Shown: positions 49,741 through 57,769 of the stretch, one piece after another
Position numbering within the stretch: position 1 is the first letter of the stretch
How the letters are laid out: each line of letters begins with the position of its first letter
Origin: Candidatus Saccharimonadales bacterium
Lineage (GTDB): Bacteria; Patescibacteriota; Saccharimonadia; UBA4664; DATIHN01
Direction of reading: 5' to 3'
DNA: 64,000 nucleotides
NCBI GenBank assembly: GCA_035480635.1
Contig: DATIHN010000025.1
Coordinates: forward strand, 12,384-76,383
Made by a program: the position numbers and the translations under genes
The notes under the pieces: generated by a model
What the model was told of the DNA's origin: nothing
The model's database searches: none
The model's input: the letters and a program-made list of their open reading frames with translations, nothing else

Positions 49741-49825
49741 GCCATACCATCGTGAGGTGGTATGGGTGTTGACCGAAAGGTCACTACCACAAGTCGGGAG
49801 CCCCTAAAAAGGCTCCCTCTTGTTT
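49741..49825 (+). ncRNA. Candidate small structured RNA
   Basis: Extended -10 TGcTAAAAT at 49729-49737, then two GNRA hairpins and a terminator-like hairpin. Confidence 0.5.
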
Positions 49826-49840
49826 GTTATAATTGGTTCA

Positions 49841-50005
49841 ATGGCTATTAAACCGATCTGTGACCGCTGTGGCAAAGAATTGACCAAGTTCGGCGCCATT
49901 TTATTTAGCCCACCGGATGATCGCAGCACCGTCAAGAAACTCCACGTCTGCGTTGACTGTTATCAAGCTATCACTAAAGACTTTATTAATCCGCCAACAA
50001 CCTAA
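49841..50005 (+). CDS. Small Zn-finger protein (CxxC..HxCxxC), leaderless
   Basis: MAIKPICDRCG..LHVCVDCY; TATAAT 7 nt before ATG. Confidence 0.7.
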   Translation: MAIKPICDRCGKELTKFGAILFSPPDDRSTVKKLHVCVDCYQAITKDFINPPTT

Positions 50006-50166
50006 TATTGCTATTGACAAAATAGCTAATGAATTATACCGTGTGGCTAACACCGAGGATTTGGGGAGGGTGACCGCCTGGCGGTCGCTTTGCTTTCCTT
50101 TGGTGCGCACTAAGCAAGTGAATATTCCCGAATGTGGGGCCCAACGTACTCATGGAAGGAGTACAG

Positions 50167-50844
50167 ATGTTAGTTACACCTCACGCAAGGATGCGTCGCC
50201 CTCTGGTTGTGCTGCTGGCCCTTGGCCTGCTGCTCAGCCTGACCGCCCTCGCATCCACTGCCAGTGTTCTCGTCACCCAACGACCGGCATTGGCTTCGAC
50301 ATCAGTGCGACCAATCGCAGCCGTACCCACGGTTCGAACCATGACGGTTACCAGTTGCACCGCCTCATACTGCATGCCGATCAGCGCCGTCAGCTCGGCC
50401 TGCTACTCGTGCACCCAGGACCGCTACCTGACCTACATCCACGAGCTGGGCGGACCGCTATTGCCGTGCTACTCAAAGTCAGACGGGAACTATCCCTGGG
50501 ATATAACCGATGACTTCAACCAGTGCATTTGGGGCGCGATGTGTGCAACAGCTTCAAATCACCGGGTTCGGGTCTGGAACTGCGACAAGCTCTACACGAC
50601 TTACTCAGCAATCCAGTACAACCGCAGCGTCTACGACACCTTCTACAAGTTCTACGTGGCCTATGCGGGGAGTATGGCCGCGTCCGAGTCTCAAGTCGGC
50701 TGGTGGTTGTTCCAGCAAGCCACCTGCACTCCAGTAGTGGGGGCTGTTGGCACCAGTCTCGGAGCCGAAGCGGGGGTGCTGGCCAGTTTGGCCTGCGAAA
50801 ACGGCATTACCGCGGTCGGACGCTACATCGGAGTGCCGGGATGA
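50167..50844 (+). CDS. Secreted Cys-rich hypothetical protein (GC-rich)
   Basis: GGAAGGAG SD, signal peptide, 10 Cys, Gly/Ala-rich hydrophobic C-terminus. Confidence 0.7.
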   Translation: MLVTPHARMRRPLVVLLALGLLLSLTALASTASVLVTQRPALASTSVRPIAAVPTVRTMTVTSCTASYCMPISAVSSACYSCTQDRYLTYIHELGGPLLPCYSKSDGNYPWDITDDFNQCIWGAMCATASNHRVRVWNCDKLYTTYSAIQYNRSVYDTFYKFYVAYAGSMAASESQVGWWLFQQATCTPVVGAVGTSLGAEAGVLASLACENGITAVGRYIGVPG

Positions 50845-50861
50845 GCACTCAGGAGGTGAAT

Positions 50862-51059
50862 ATGACAGTCAGGAATCCCAGTCCGGCCGCCCGGCGTTTG
50901 ATGCTGTTCTTCAGCGCCGTGCTTCTGATCTTCATGGTGGCACAAGCCATCACTACCGGCAGCCTGATGCTGTGGGCCACCATCGTGTTCGTCCTCACCG
51001 TCGGCATCCCGGTGGCGATCGTCCAGGGCCGCAAACACGACCGGCGCTACAAGAGGTGA
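50862..51059 (+). CDS. Small 2-TM protein with basic tail
   Basis: AGGAGGT SD; two TM helices then GRKHDRRYKR. Confidence 0.7.
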   Translation: MTVRNPSPAARRLMLFFSAVLLIFMVAQAITTGSLMLWATIVFVLTVGIPVAIVQGRKHDRRYKR

Positions 51060-51064
51060 GACAT

Positions 51065-51094
51065 GGCGGTGGTTCTTCGGAGCCGCCGCCTTTC
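51065..51094 (+). terminator. Intrinsic terminator, UUCG loop
   Basis: GGCGGTGGTTC-TTCG-GAGCCGCCGCC then TTTC. Confidence 0.75.
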
Positions 51095-51103
51095 TCATTA
51101 ATA

Positions 51104-51138
51104 ACTAAAAAACCGGGATCACATCCCGGTTTTTTAGT
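51104..51138. terminator. Bidirectional terminator
   Basis: ACTAAAAAACCGGGAT..ATCCCGGTTTTTTAGT between convergent genes. Confidence 0.75.
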
Positions 51139-51148
51139 GGGTCTAAAC

Positions 51149-51541
51149 TTACGACAATTCGCCGCCGTGAACAATTAGAGCGTGCATGACGACCACGTCG
51201 ATAACAATGACGATGATCGACCAAATCGGGTAGTAGGGCACAAAAGCCAGGTTAGCCACGGCGCTAATTAGCGCGAGCAACACACCAACGGTTCTAGCCC
51301 AAACTTTACCCTGCATGACGGCAATACCAGCCGCCACAATGACGATGCCCAGGATTAGGTGAACCCAACCCCAGCGGGTAACGTCCACGTTAACCAATAC
51401 GTTTTCGGTCACCACAAAGAATGCATCTTTGACGATAGCCGTTAACCCAACGAATGCCTGAAACAAGCCGACCAATACCATCATGAACGATGCAAAGGCG
51501 ACCCAACCGACCCAAGATTCGGAGTCGTTTCTACTTGCCAT
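51149..51541 (-). CDS. 4-TM membrane protein (family recalled from Actinobacteria)
   Basis: GWVAFAS, WGWVHLILG, WARTVGV, PYYPIWS; AGGAGG SD. Confidence 0.8.
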   Translation of the reverse strand: MASRNDSESWVGWVAFASFMMVLVGLFQAFVGLTAIVKDAFFVVTENVLVNVDVTRWGWVHLILGIVIVAAGIAVMQGKVWARTVGVLLALISAVANLAFVPYYPIWSIIVIVIDVVVMHALIVHGGELS

Positions 51542-51621
51542 AAAACCTCCTAATATTAATTCAACTTCACTATAAGCCTAGGCCAAGCAATTCTCAAGCC
51601 TTATGTTTAATTAGCCCAAGA

Positions 51622-51963
51622 CTAGTCGCGGTTGTCTTTGGTCTGCCGGCGCGCGTATTGTCGAGTCACAACTCGGCCTAGGATGATTCTTGCCAGCACT
51701 AAGAATATGGTAATGCCGACAAAAACATAAAAAGTTGTAAAGATTTTACCAGCCGCCGTTTTGGGCACAAAATCGCCATAACCAACCGTGGCTAGTGTAA
51801 TGATCGTAAAGTAATAGGCGTTCAACCAACTAAAATGCTCAACTAGGTGATAAAAAATCACGCCGCCAGTAATAAAAGCGAGGGCCACCAGGGCGACTCG
51901 ACTGTAAACCACGCTTTCTTTAATTTGATCAATACTAGGGATTTTGGGCTTTGGCTCTTCCAT
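51622..51963 (-). CDS. Minimal KcsA-like K+ channel, pore only; minus strand (ORF track strand label is wrong)
   Basis: Reverse complement gives MEEPKP..YFTIITLATVGYGDFVP..TKDNRD-TAG. Confidence 0.9.
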   Translation of the reverse strand: MEEPKPKIPSIDQIKESVVYSRVALVALAFITGGVIFYHLVEHFSWLNAYYFTIITLATVGYGDFVPKTAAGKIFTTFYVFVGITIFLVLARIILGRVVTRQYARRQTKDNRD

Positions 51964-52045
51964 AGTGGTATTGTAGCGTGCTTGGAGTTGAGGCGCCATC
52001 GCGCCCACGCTTTATAGTCAGCCGGCTTGGCGTTATTCTTAGAAG

Positions 52046-52501
52046 ATGCTCATGAAAATAACTAGCCCAGCTTTTTTGAACAACAGCCCCATACCAGAAG
52101 AATTTACCTGCAAGGGCCCAAACGCCAGTCCGCCTTTACAGATTGAAGGCGTCCCAGCTGGAGCGCTTGAGCTAGCCCTAGTGGTCGAGGATCCCGACGC
52201 CCCTGGTCGGATTTGGCAGCACTGGCTAGTCTGGAATATTGATCCAACTACCACCGAAATTATCGCTGGAGCCAAACCAACAGGGGCCGTCGAGGGAATA
52301 ACGGATTTTGGCAGCCCCGGCTACGGTGGGCCTTGCCCACCCAGTGGCACCCATCGCTACCACTTTAAACTGTTTGCTCTGGATGCGCCCTTGCTTTTAG
52401 CTGCTTCGGCTGGTCGAGCTGAGTTGAACCAAGCCATGGCCGGACACATTCTGGCTGAGGCTGATTTAGTCGGACTATTTGGCCATAATCAAAAAGCCTA
52501 A
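52046..52501 (+). CDS. YbhB/YbcL (PEBP-like) protein
   Basis: EDPDAP, HWLVWNI, YGGPCPPSGTHRYHFKLFALD. Confidence 0.93.
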   Translation: MLMKITSPAFLNNSPIPEEFTCKGPNASPPLQIEGVPAGALELALVVEDPDAPGRIWQHWLVWNIDPTTTEIIAGAKPTGAVEGITDFGSPGYGGPCPPSGTHRYHFKLFALDAPLLLAASAGRAELNQAMAGHILAEADLVGLFGHNQKA

Positions 52502-52520
52502 CCAAAACCTAATTTTCTAA

Positions 52521-53126
52521 ATGCCAGTTGACTCCAATCACAATCCAGAACCTAGAGTAAAGCGCCGAATTACGGTTTTGGTCTTGGCTTTGATAACTCT
52601 TGGTCTAGGCGCTGGTTGGCAAGCTTCCAAGAACCCCGGGCCGGTCAGATCAATCGAGACTACCGTAGCGCAAAATCAGCCCGGGTTGTATCAGGTTACT
52701 CGCATTGATGATGGCGACACCATCGTCGTAAACCAGGGCGGCACCTCTGAAACGGTGCGTTTGATCGGCATTGATACGCCTGAAGTTAAAGATCCGCGCA
52801 AACCAGTTCAATGTTATGGACCTCAAGCTTCAGACGAAACCAAACATTTGTTAAGTGGACAGCGCGTTCGACTCGAGCCCGATCCTATCGGCGATAACCG
52901 CGATAAGTATCACCGCCTGTTGCGTTATGTTTATTTGCCGGACGGTACGTTCATAAATCAACTCTTGATTAGCCGCGGCTTTGCTTTTGTCTACACAATT
53001 TTTCCGTTTCAAAAACTAGACGATTTTAAAGCTGCTCAAACTCAGGCCCGCCAGTCCCAATTGGGTTTGTGGTCGGCCTGCCGAGTTGATGAATCGAGCG
53101 ATATTTTGCAAACCAATCCGCTTTGA
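52521..53126 (+). CDS. Membrane-anchored thermonuclease (SNase-like)
   Basis: IDDGDTI, VRLIGIDTPE, DKYHRLLRYV, GLW. Confidence 0.93.
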   Translation: MPVDSNHNPEPRVKRRITVLVLALITLGLGAGWQASKNPGPVRSIETTVAQNQPGLYQVTRIDDGDTIVVNQGGTSETVRLIGIDTPEVKDPRKPVQCYGPQASDETKHLLSGQRVRLEPDPIGDNRDKYHRLLRYVYLPDGTFINQLLISRGFAFVYTIFPFQKLDDFKAAQTQARQSQLGLWSACRVDESSDILQTNPL

Positions 53127-53136
53127 TCGTTAAGTT

Positions 53137-53532
53137 CTAAGCGGTTGGGTCGGGTCCGTTTTCGGGCCGGCCGATGCGAGCGGTGATAATAACTTGGCGC
53201 AGTTCGCCGCGATCGTCTTTAATTTGGGTGGCACTAGTTTCGTTGTAGTAGGAGACCAAGTGGTGGCTGAGGATCTCGCCCAAATCTTTGAGCTTAAACT
53301 TTAGTTCATCCAGATCGGCAGAGAGTTTTTGATAATCCTTATCAGCTCGCAATATTTCTTTAGCCTTGGTCCTTTTAGTCACCAGGTCTTTAATTTCGTC
53401 CTCTAATTCCAAATAATCGTCGTTGCCCTCGGCAATGTCACTCAATTGGTCTTTGAGTGTTTTGGCCTCGATTTTGGCCTCTGTGATTTCGCCCATTAGG
53501 CGGTGTATTGCATCAAGTGTTGATTCGTCCAT
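53137..53532 (-). CDS. Hypothetical coiled-coil protein
   Basis: 131-aa heptad-rich ORF with GAGGGG SD. Confidence 0.7.
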   Translation of the reverse strand: MDESTLDAIHRLMGEITEAKIEAKTLKDQLSDIAEGNDDYLELEDEIKDLVTKRTKAKEILRADKDYQKLSADLDELKFKLKDLGEILSHHLVSYYNETSATQIKDDRGELRQVIITARIGRPENGPDPTA

Positions 53533-53592
53533 AACCCCTCATTTTGTCATGCGTTCCAGTATAGGCAAGACAAGCCGCTGGGTAAATAGAGG

Positions 53593-53617
53593 AGGCCCCG
53601 TGCGTGCACGGAGGCCT
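53593..53617 (-). terminator. Hairpin downstream of small ORF
   Basis: AGGCCTCCGTG-CACG-CACGGGGCCT on minus strand; weak U-tract. Confidence 0.55.
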
Positions 53618-53647
53618 GTAGTGAGATTGAAAACGGCAGGTCGAGAC

Positions 53648-53812
53648 TTAGGAGCTGGTTCGGCTCAGCCGCACCCTGAGGTCGTCAATTTGCCGGTGGG
53701 CACTGGCATCGCGCCCGAGGCTGGCTTGGGCATTGGCGATGGCGCGAGCGTTGCTGAAAGGCAGTGAAGACAGGAAGGAGAACAAGCGGGTAGAGCGGAG
53801 TCGTTGAAACAA
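53648..53812 (-). CDS. Unannotated 54-aa protein (below ORF-track cutoff)
   Basis: AGGAG SD, TTG start, MFQRLRSTRLFSFLSSLPFSNARAIANAQASLGRDASAHRQIDDLRVRLSRTSS. Confidence 0.6.
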   Translation of the reverse strand: MFQRLRSTRLFSFLSSLPFSNARAIANAQASLGRDASAHRQIDDLRVRLSRTSS

Positions 53813-53856
53813 AATGTTTCTCCTGGTAGCGGACGGTTTTCAAACCACAAGGGGGC

Positions 53857-53885
53857 ATTCTAGCAAAGAATGTCACTTTTGACAA
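53857..53885 (-). promoter_or_regulatory. sigma70 promoter for the small ORF
   Basis: TTGTCA-17 nt-TAGAAT with TG extension. Confidence 0.65.
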
Positions 53886-54053
53886 CTGTTAATACTAACA
53901 AACTAAGCGTCAAAATCGTTAAAGTCTTGTGACAGACTGCTTATGGTAATAGTCGCAAAAGTCGCATTGGCATAACTTCGCAAATTGGGATATTCGCCCA
54001 ATGCCTAAATCGACTAGTGATTCTATGATGCCAGTGATAGGAGGGAGCAGGTC

Positions 54054-54254
54054 ATGGAGTTAGAAGACAGGGGTCGAACCAGGCGGAGTGTTGAAGATGT
54101 CTTGGCGCGCGATGAGGATCCGATCGCCAAAGTCCAAGACATCGTGGACTTGGGTTTTGACGAGGAGGTGGCTAACGATATCGTTGAGCGCTACCAAATC
54201 GGCCAGTCTCAAGTGGTTTATTATGAGCAGCTGCCCGGGTCCAAATCAGACTAG
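54054..54254 (+). CDS. Small acidic hypothetical protein
   Basis: AGGAGGGAG SD; 66 aa. Confidence 0.65.
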   Translation: MELEDRGRTRRSVEDVLARDEDPIAKVQDIVDLGFDEEVANDIVERYQIGQSQVVYYEQLPGSKSD

Positions 54255-54338
54255 TGGCTGCAATCTAGACTCAAACGGACTACACTTGGGTGGTGTTTAA
54301 GTTTGGCTATTTATTAATCCAAAATATGGTCCGTTCTA

Positions 54339-55193
54339 ATGGTTGAGCGTCAGACCAATTTGCCGCTCTACCCCAAGGTTTTATGGAATCGTCCGGTTTC
54401 TAGGGCTCAGAGCGGTCGGCTTTTGATAGTTGGTGGCAGACGGGGGGCCATTGCAGTACTCCAAAGCGTCTTTCAAACCGCGGTTGCGGCTGGCATTGGC
54501 CAAATCAAAATTCTGGCTCCCGATGTTCTTAAGCCATTACTTAGCGGTGTGGCCGAAGCTAGCTTTGGCCCCTCGACTAATTCGGGATCGCTAGCTCGAT
54601 TAGGCCTGGATCTCTTAACCGAACTCGCCAGCGATGCCGATGCCGCATTGTTAGGAGCTGATCTAAGTAATAGTTCTGAAACCGCCATTCTAGCCGAACG
54701 CTTTATTGCCAGTTATCATCAAGGGCTGATACTAGTAGCCGACGCCATACCAATGATTGCGCAGTCTCCAGATGTCGTACGCCAACGCCCTCGAACTCTA
54801 TTGGTATTTACGATGCAGGAGCTCTTTAAACTGGCGGGCAAACTGGGTCTTCCGATCCACATTCGACCAGAGGCAGGACTAGCCGCCAAAGTTGAGATCG
54901 CAAGCGATTTCTGGGAGCTATCGAGGATTGATCTGGCCTTAATTGGCCCGGAAATAATTATCAGGTCCGGATCAAAGACATCGATCACGCCATTACCGCC
55001 CAAGACCAGGCTTGAACCAACCGCCGCCGCTGGGGTTTTAAGTGTTTTCTATACTCAGAACCCCAGCGCCAGTTTCGAGGGCCTAACGACTGGGGCCTTT
55101 GTGTTAGCGCAGTCTGTTGGTGAACAAGCTCAAACCACCGATCAATTAGCCGCTGCCATCATTAAAGTAGTTAATGAAGCTGATCAAAATTAG
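54339..55193 (+). CDS. YjeF-C / NAD(P)HX dehydratase-like protein (divergent)
   Basis: GRLLIVGG, AAGIG, LVADA ribokinase-like pattern. Confidence 0.6.
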   Translation: MVERQTNLPLYPKVLWNRPVSRAQSGRLLIVGGRRGAIAVLQSVFQTAVAAGIGQIKILAPDVLKPLLSGVAEASFGPSTNSGSLARLGLDLLTELASDADAALLGADLSNSSETAILAERFIASYHQGLILVADAIPMIAQSPDVVRQRPRTLLVFTMQELFKLAGKLGLPIHIRPEAGLAAKVEIASDFWELSRIDLALIGPEIIIRSGSKTSITPLPPKTRLEPTAAAGVLSVFYTQNPSASFEGLTTGAFVLAQSVGEQAQTTDQLAAAIIKVVNEADQN

Positions 55194-55212
55194 GTGATAT
55201 ACTTCAACTAAG

Positions 55213-56289
55213 ATGCCTGAGCAATTCCAACCCGGTCCCGAAGAAGTTGGCGCTGATCCGATTGAGGTTACCCCAACCAAGCCTAAGGCAAGAGTAGCCG
55301 ATCACCCGATCAGCAGTTTTAATTTGAACACCAAGGGTCAAAACCCGGATTTTCCCGATTTTGATGATGAAAATGCTCCGGAACTTTTGCCGTCAACTGA
55401 ACTCCAAGCTGAGTTGGAAGACCTGAGGTTGCCCATCAACCCCGAATCTGGGCAGCATTTAGGCTACCTTGAACTCAACCGAGACGCCGCTGATCCACGG
55501 CCAGTGGTCAGTTTTTTTGAATATAGTGTCGATGCTGATCACGCCGGCTCTAAGCATTTGCTGGAGCAGTTAGCCTTACAGAGCCAGCGCCATATTTACG
55601 CCTTTGAAAACCCCAGCACTGGTGGGTCTGATAAATTAACCGCCGAACAGCACGAGGCCCTCAAAAAGGGCGATTTTGAACCCATTGCCAGATCAATTCT
55701 AGAAAATATGCAAGCAGTTGGCTTAAAAGCTGTTGATCTTAATGGTCACTCGTTGGGTGCCCGCATTGCAGGATCAGTTGCCGCTCATGCCAGCGAATAC
55801 GGGATCGTGGTCAAGAATTTGGTACTGATGGAGCCAGCTGGGCTCGATGATGCCTCAATCGGGAAACTAATCTATCGCTTGGGAGTCAAGGAAGGCTGGA
55901 ATATGATCAAATACCAAAAGCATGTTCAAGACCCAAGAGGCAAAGAAACCTTCGATACCCCAATTGATGTTGTCAAAAACTACGCTGGCATGATCCGCCG
56001 AGACACCAAGGGCAATATTTGGGCCTATCCCAAGGGCTTAGGGAAACCTACCTTAGCCACGGACTTAATTTTAGCCTTAAAGACTCAAGAGGGGATGAAG
56101 ACTCACTTGATTACTGGCGGTGCTAGTCAAATAGCCCGGCGCAAGACCGTCAACGAAACTTATACGGCGCTCTCAACCGTTTACGGCCCTCGAGTTCATA
56201 TGGTCCGCCTGCCGGGAGATACCCATATGCTCAACATGGGCGCCGCCCGACGCATGGCCTGGCACATCAGCCGTTTGATTGATAATTAG
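55213..56289 (+). CDS. Alpha/beta hydrolase
   Basis: GHSLG nucleophile elbow, LVLMEP, C-terminal His (GDTH). Confidence 0.8.
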   Translation: MPEQFQPGPEEVGADPIEVTPTKPKARVADHPISSFNLNTKGQNPDFPDFDDENAPELLPSTELQAELEDLRLPINPESGQHLGYLELNRDAADPRPVVSFFEYSVDADHAGSKHLLEQLALQSQRHIYAFENPSTGGSDKLTAEQHEALKKGDFEPIARSILENMQAVGLKAVDLNGHSLGARIAGSVAAHASEYGIVVKNLVLMEPAGLDDASIGKLIYRLGVKEGWNMIKYQKHVQDPRGKETFDTPIDVVKNYAGMIRRDTKGNIWAYPKGLGKPTLATDLILALKTQEGMKTHLITGGASQIARRKTVNETYTALSTVYGPRVHMVRLPGDTHMLNMGAARRMAWHISRLIDN

Positions 56290-56294
56290 ATTTG

Positions 56295-56319
56295 AAAAGC
56301 CGCCCGGTTAGGGGCGGCT
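56295..56319 (-). terminator. Intrinsic terminator
   Basis: AGCCGCCC-CTAACC-GGGCGGCT then TTT on minus strand. Confidence 0.65.
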
Positions 56320-56354
56320 GGGAGGCGAACTTTGCAGTCCGGCCCTGGCTCGAA

Positions 56355-57068
56355 TTAACTCCTGACGTGTCCACAAACACCACAGACCAACTTCTGGTTG
56401 ACACGGTACATCTTCCTGTGACAGTGGCGTCGGAACGCATGCTCGACGTCAATTGTCCGATTTGGACGCTGGGCGAACTCGGCTCTGGCGTAGTTCACGA
56501 CATGAGTCGGCAGCTTTGACGGGTCCAAACCATATCTAGGCCAGAGGCTTGCATTAAACACCTCTGTTTCGATCTCCTCGAACGCCGCTAGGCTCTCGCC
56601 CCAACGCGCGACCTTAAACATCTGGGCTGTGTGAACTGATGACGCGTTATTTGGTGGATGAGACATACGGTTTTGCTCGCGTTCTCCGATAACACCAATG
56701 ACCATCGGATCATCATTACCACGGGCCTGTCGCGTCCAGATCTCGATGTCGCTGAAGACCGCGCAAGACTCGGCGAAGGCGATGTCTTCGAGCACCTCTG
56801 TCGGCACACGGTCGAAACTATAGTCGGCCCAGTGACCTTGTTTTTTGCTGTGGACACCCCTCAGAAACTGAGCCCACACCGCAGCCTCATGAGAATTCAG
56901 TCTCGGGTAGAGTTGCTCGGCCATAGCGCCCAATTCATCGGTCAGCTGGAGAGACGGGTTGAAGCCCAAACCCTCCAACAAGACTTTGCGGGCTTCCGCA
57001 GTCTCGTTGGCAGGAAGCTTGTCAACACCATCTAAGCGGTACGAGGCAGTTTCCACGTCGAACTCCAT
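56355..57068 (-). CDS. Hypothetical protein with C-terminal Zn-ribbon-like motif
   Basis: IEIW..DPMVIG..VARWGESL; HC..CGVC; promoter TTGACA-16-TATAGT upstream. Confidence 0.7.
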   Translation of the reverse strand: MEFDVETASYRLDGVDKLPANETAEARKVLLEGLGFNPSLQLTDELGAMAEQLYPRLNSHEAAVWAQFLRGVHSKKQGHWADYSFDRVPTEVLEDIAFAESCAVFSDIEIWTRQARGNDDPMVIGVIGEREQNRMSHPPNNASSVHTAQMFKVARWGESLAAFEEIETEVFNASLWPRYGLDPSKLPTHVVNYARAEFAQRPNRTIDVEHAFRRHCHRKMYRVNQKLVCGVCGHVRS

Positions 57069-57129
57069 TGGTAGGTGCTAGTACCGCAACTATACCGCAA
57101 AGTCTATGAATGTCAATCGAGAGGATTTA

Positions 57130-57549
57130 TTATTTGAGTAATTTCAGCATTTGATTTCGTTCACCAGCACTCAAAACCAAAAAATGGTCTGGGTCCCACT
57201 CCAGTGCCCGTTCATAAACACTATCACCAGGATTACTGGGGATGACGTGGAAGTGCAGGTGATGCCGTTTGATGGTGTTCTCAGCCACTTGGGGCCGAGT
57301 CTTTTGCCAAATATCGACACCTTTAAATATAGTCAGTAGATGAGTGCTCAGCCGGGTAATTTCTTGGTAAATGGCAATTAGTTCTGCGTCATTTAGAGCC
57401 TGTGGAGGTTCAAAGTGGCGCCTGGGTATGACCAAAACGTGGCCAGGTGCTAACCTGGGGTTAGATAGAAACGAAGCCATTAAATCATTTGAGCGAATCA
57501 AACGATCAGCCTGACTGGTAAGATCACAAAATGAGCAACTAGTTTTCAT
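57130..57549 (-). CDS. HIT family hydrolase
   Basis: CSFC, PGHVLVIPRRH, HLHFHVIP. Confidence 0.9.
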   Translation of the reverse strand: MKTSCSFCDLTSQADRLIRSNDLMASFLSNPRLAPGHVLVIPRRHFEPPQALNDAELIAIYQEITRLSTHLLTIFKGVDIWQKTRPQVAENTIKRHHLHFHVIPSNPGDSVYERALEWDPDHFLVLSAGERNQMLKLLK

Positions 57550-57553
57550 TTGT

Positions 57554-57640
57554 TGGTGGGCGAGGAGAGACTTGAACTCTCACGTTGTTGCCAACACCGG
57601 ATTTTGAGTCCGGCGCGTCTGCCAATTCCGCCACTCGCCC
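57554..57640 (-). tRNA. tRNA-Leu (CAA)
   Basis: GGGCGAGTGGCGGAATTGGCAGACGCGCCGGACT-CAA-AATCCGG, long variable arm, CCA end. Confidence 0.97.
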
Positions 57641-57769
57641 TCACGACAACTCTACTACAGCTTGCCACTTAAATTGATCAAACTATACTTTAATTGTATA
57701 ATTATGTAAACCGGCTGGTGGCTTATCCAGCCCAGCCAGACTATCATACTAACAAAGCTGACACATATT

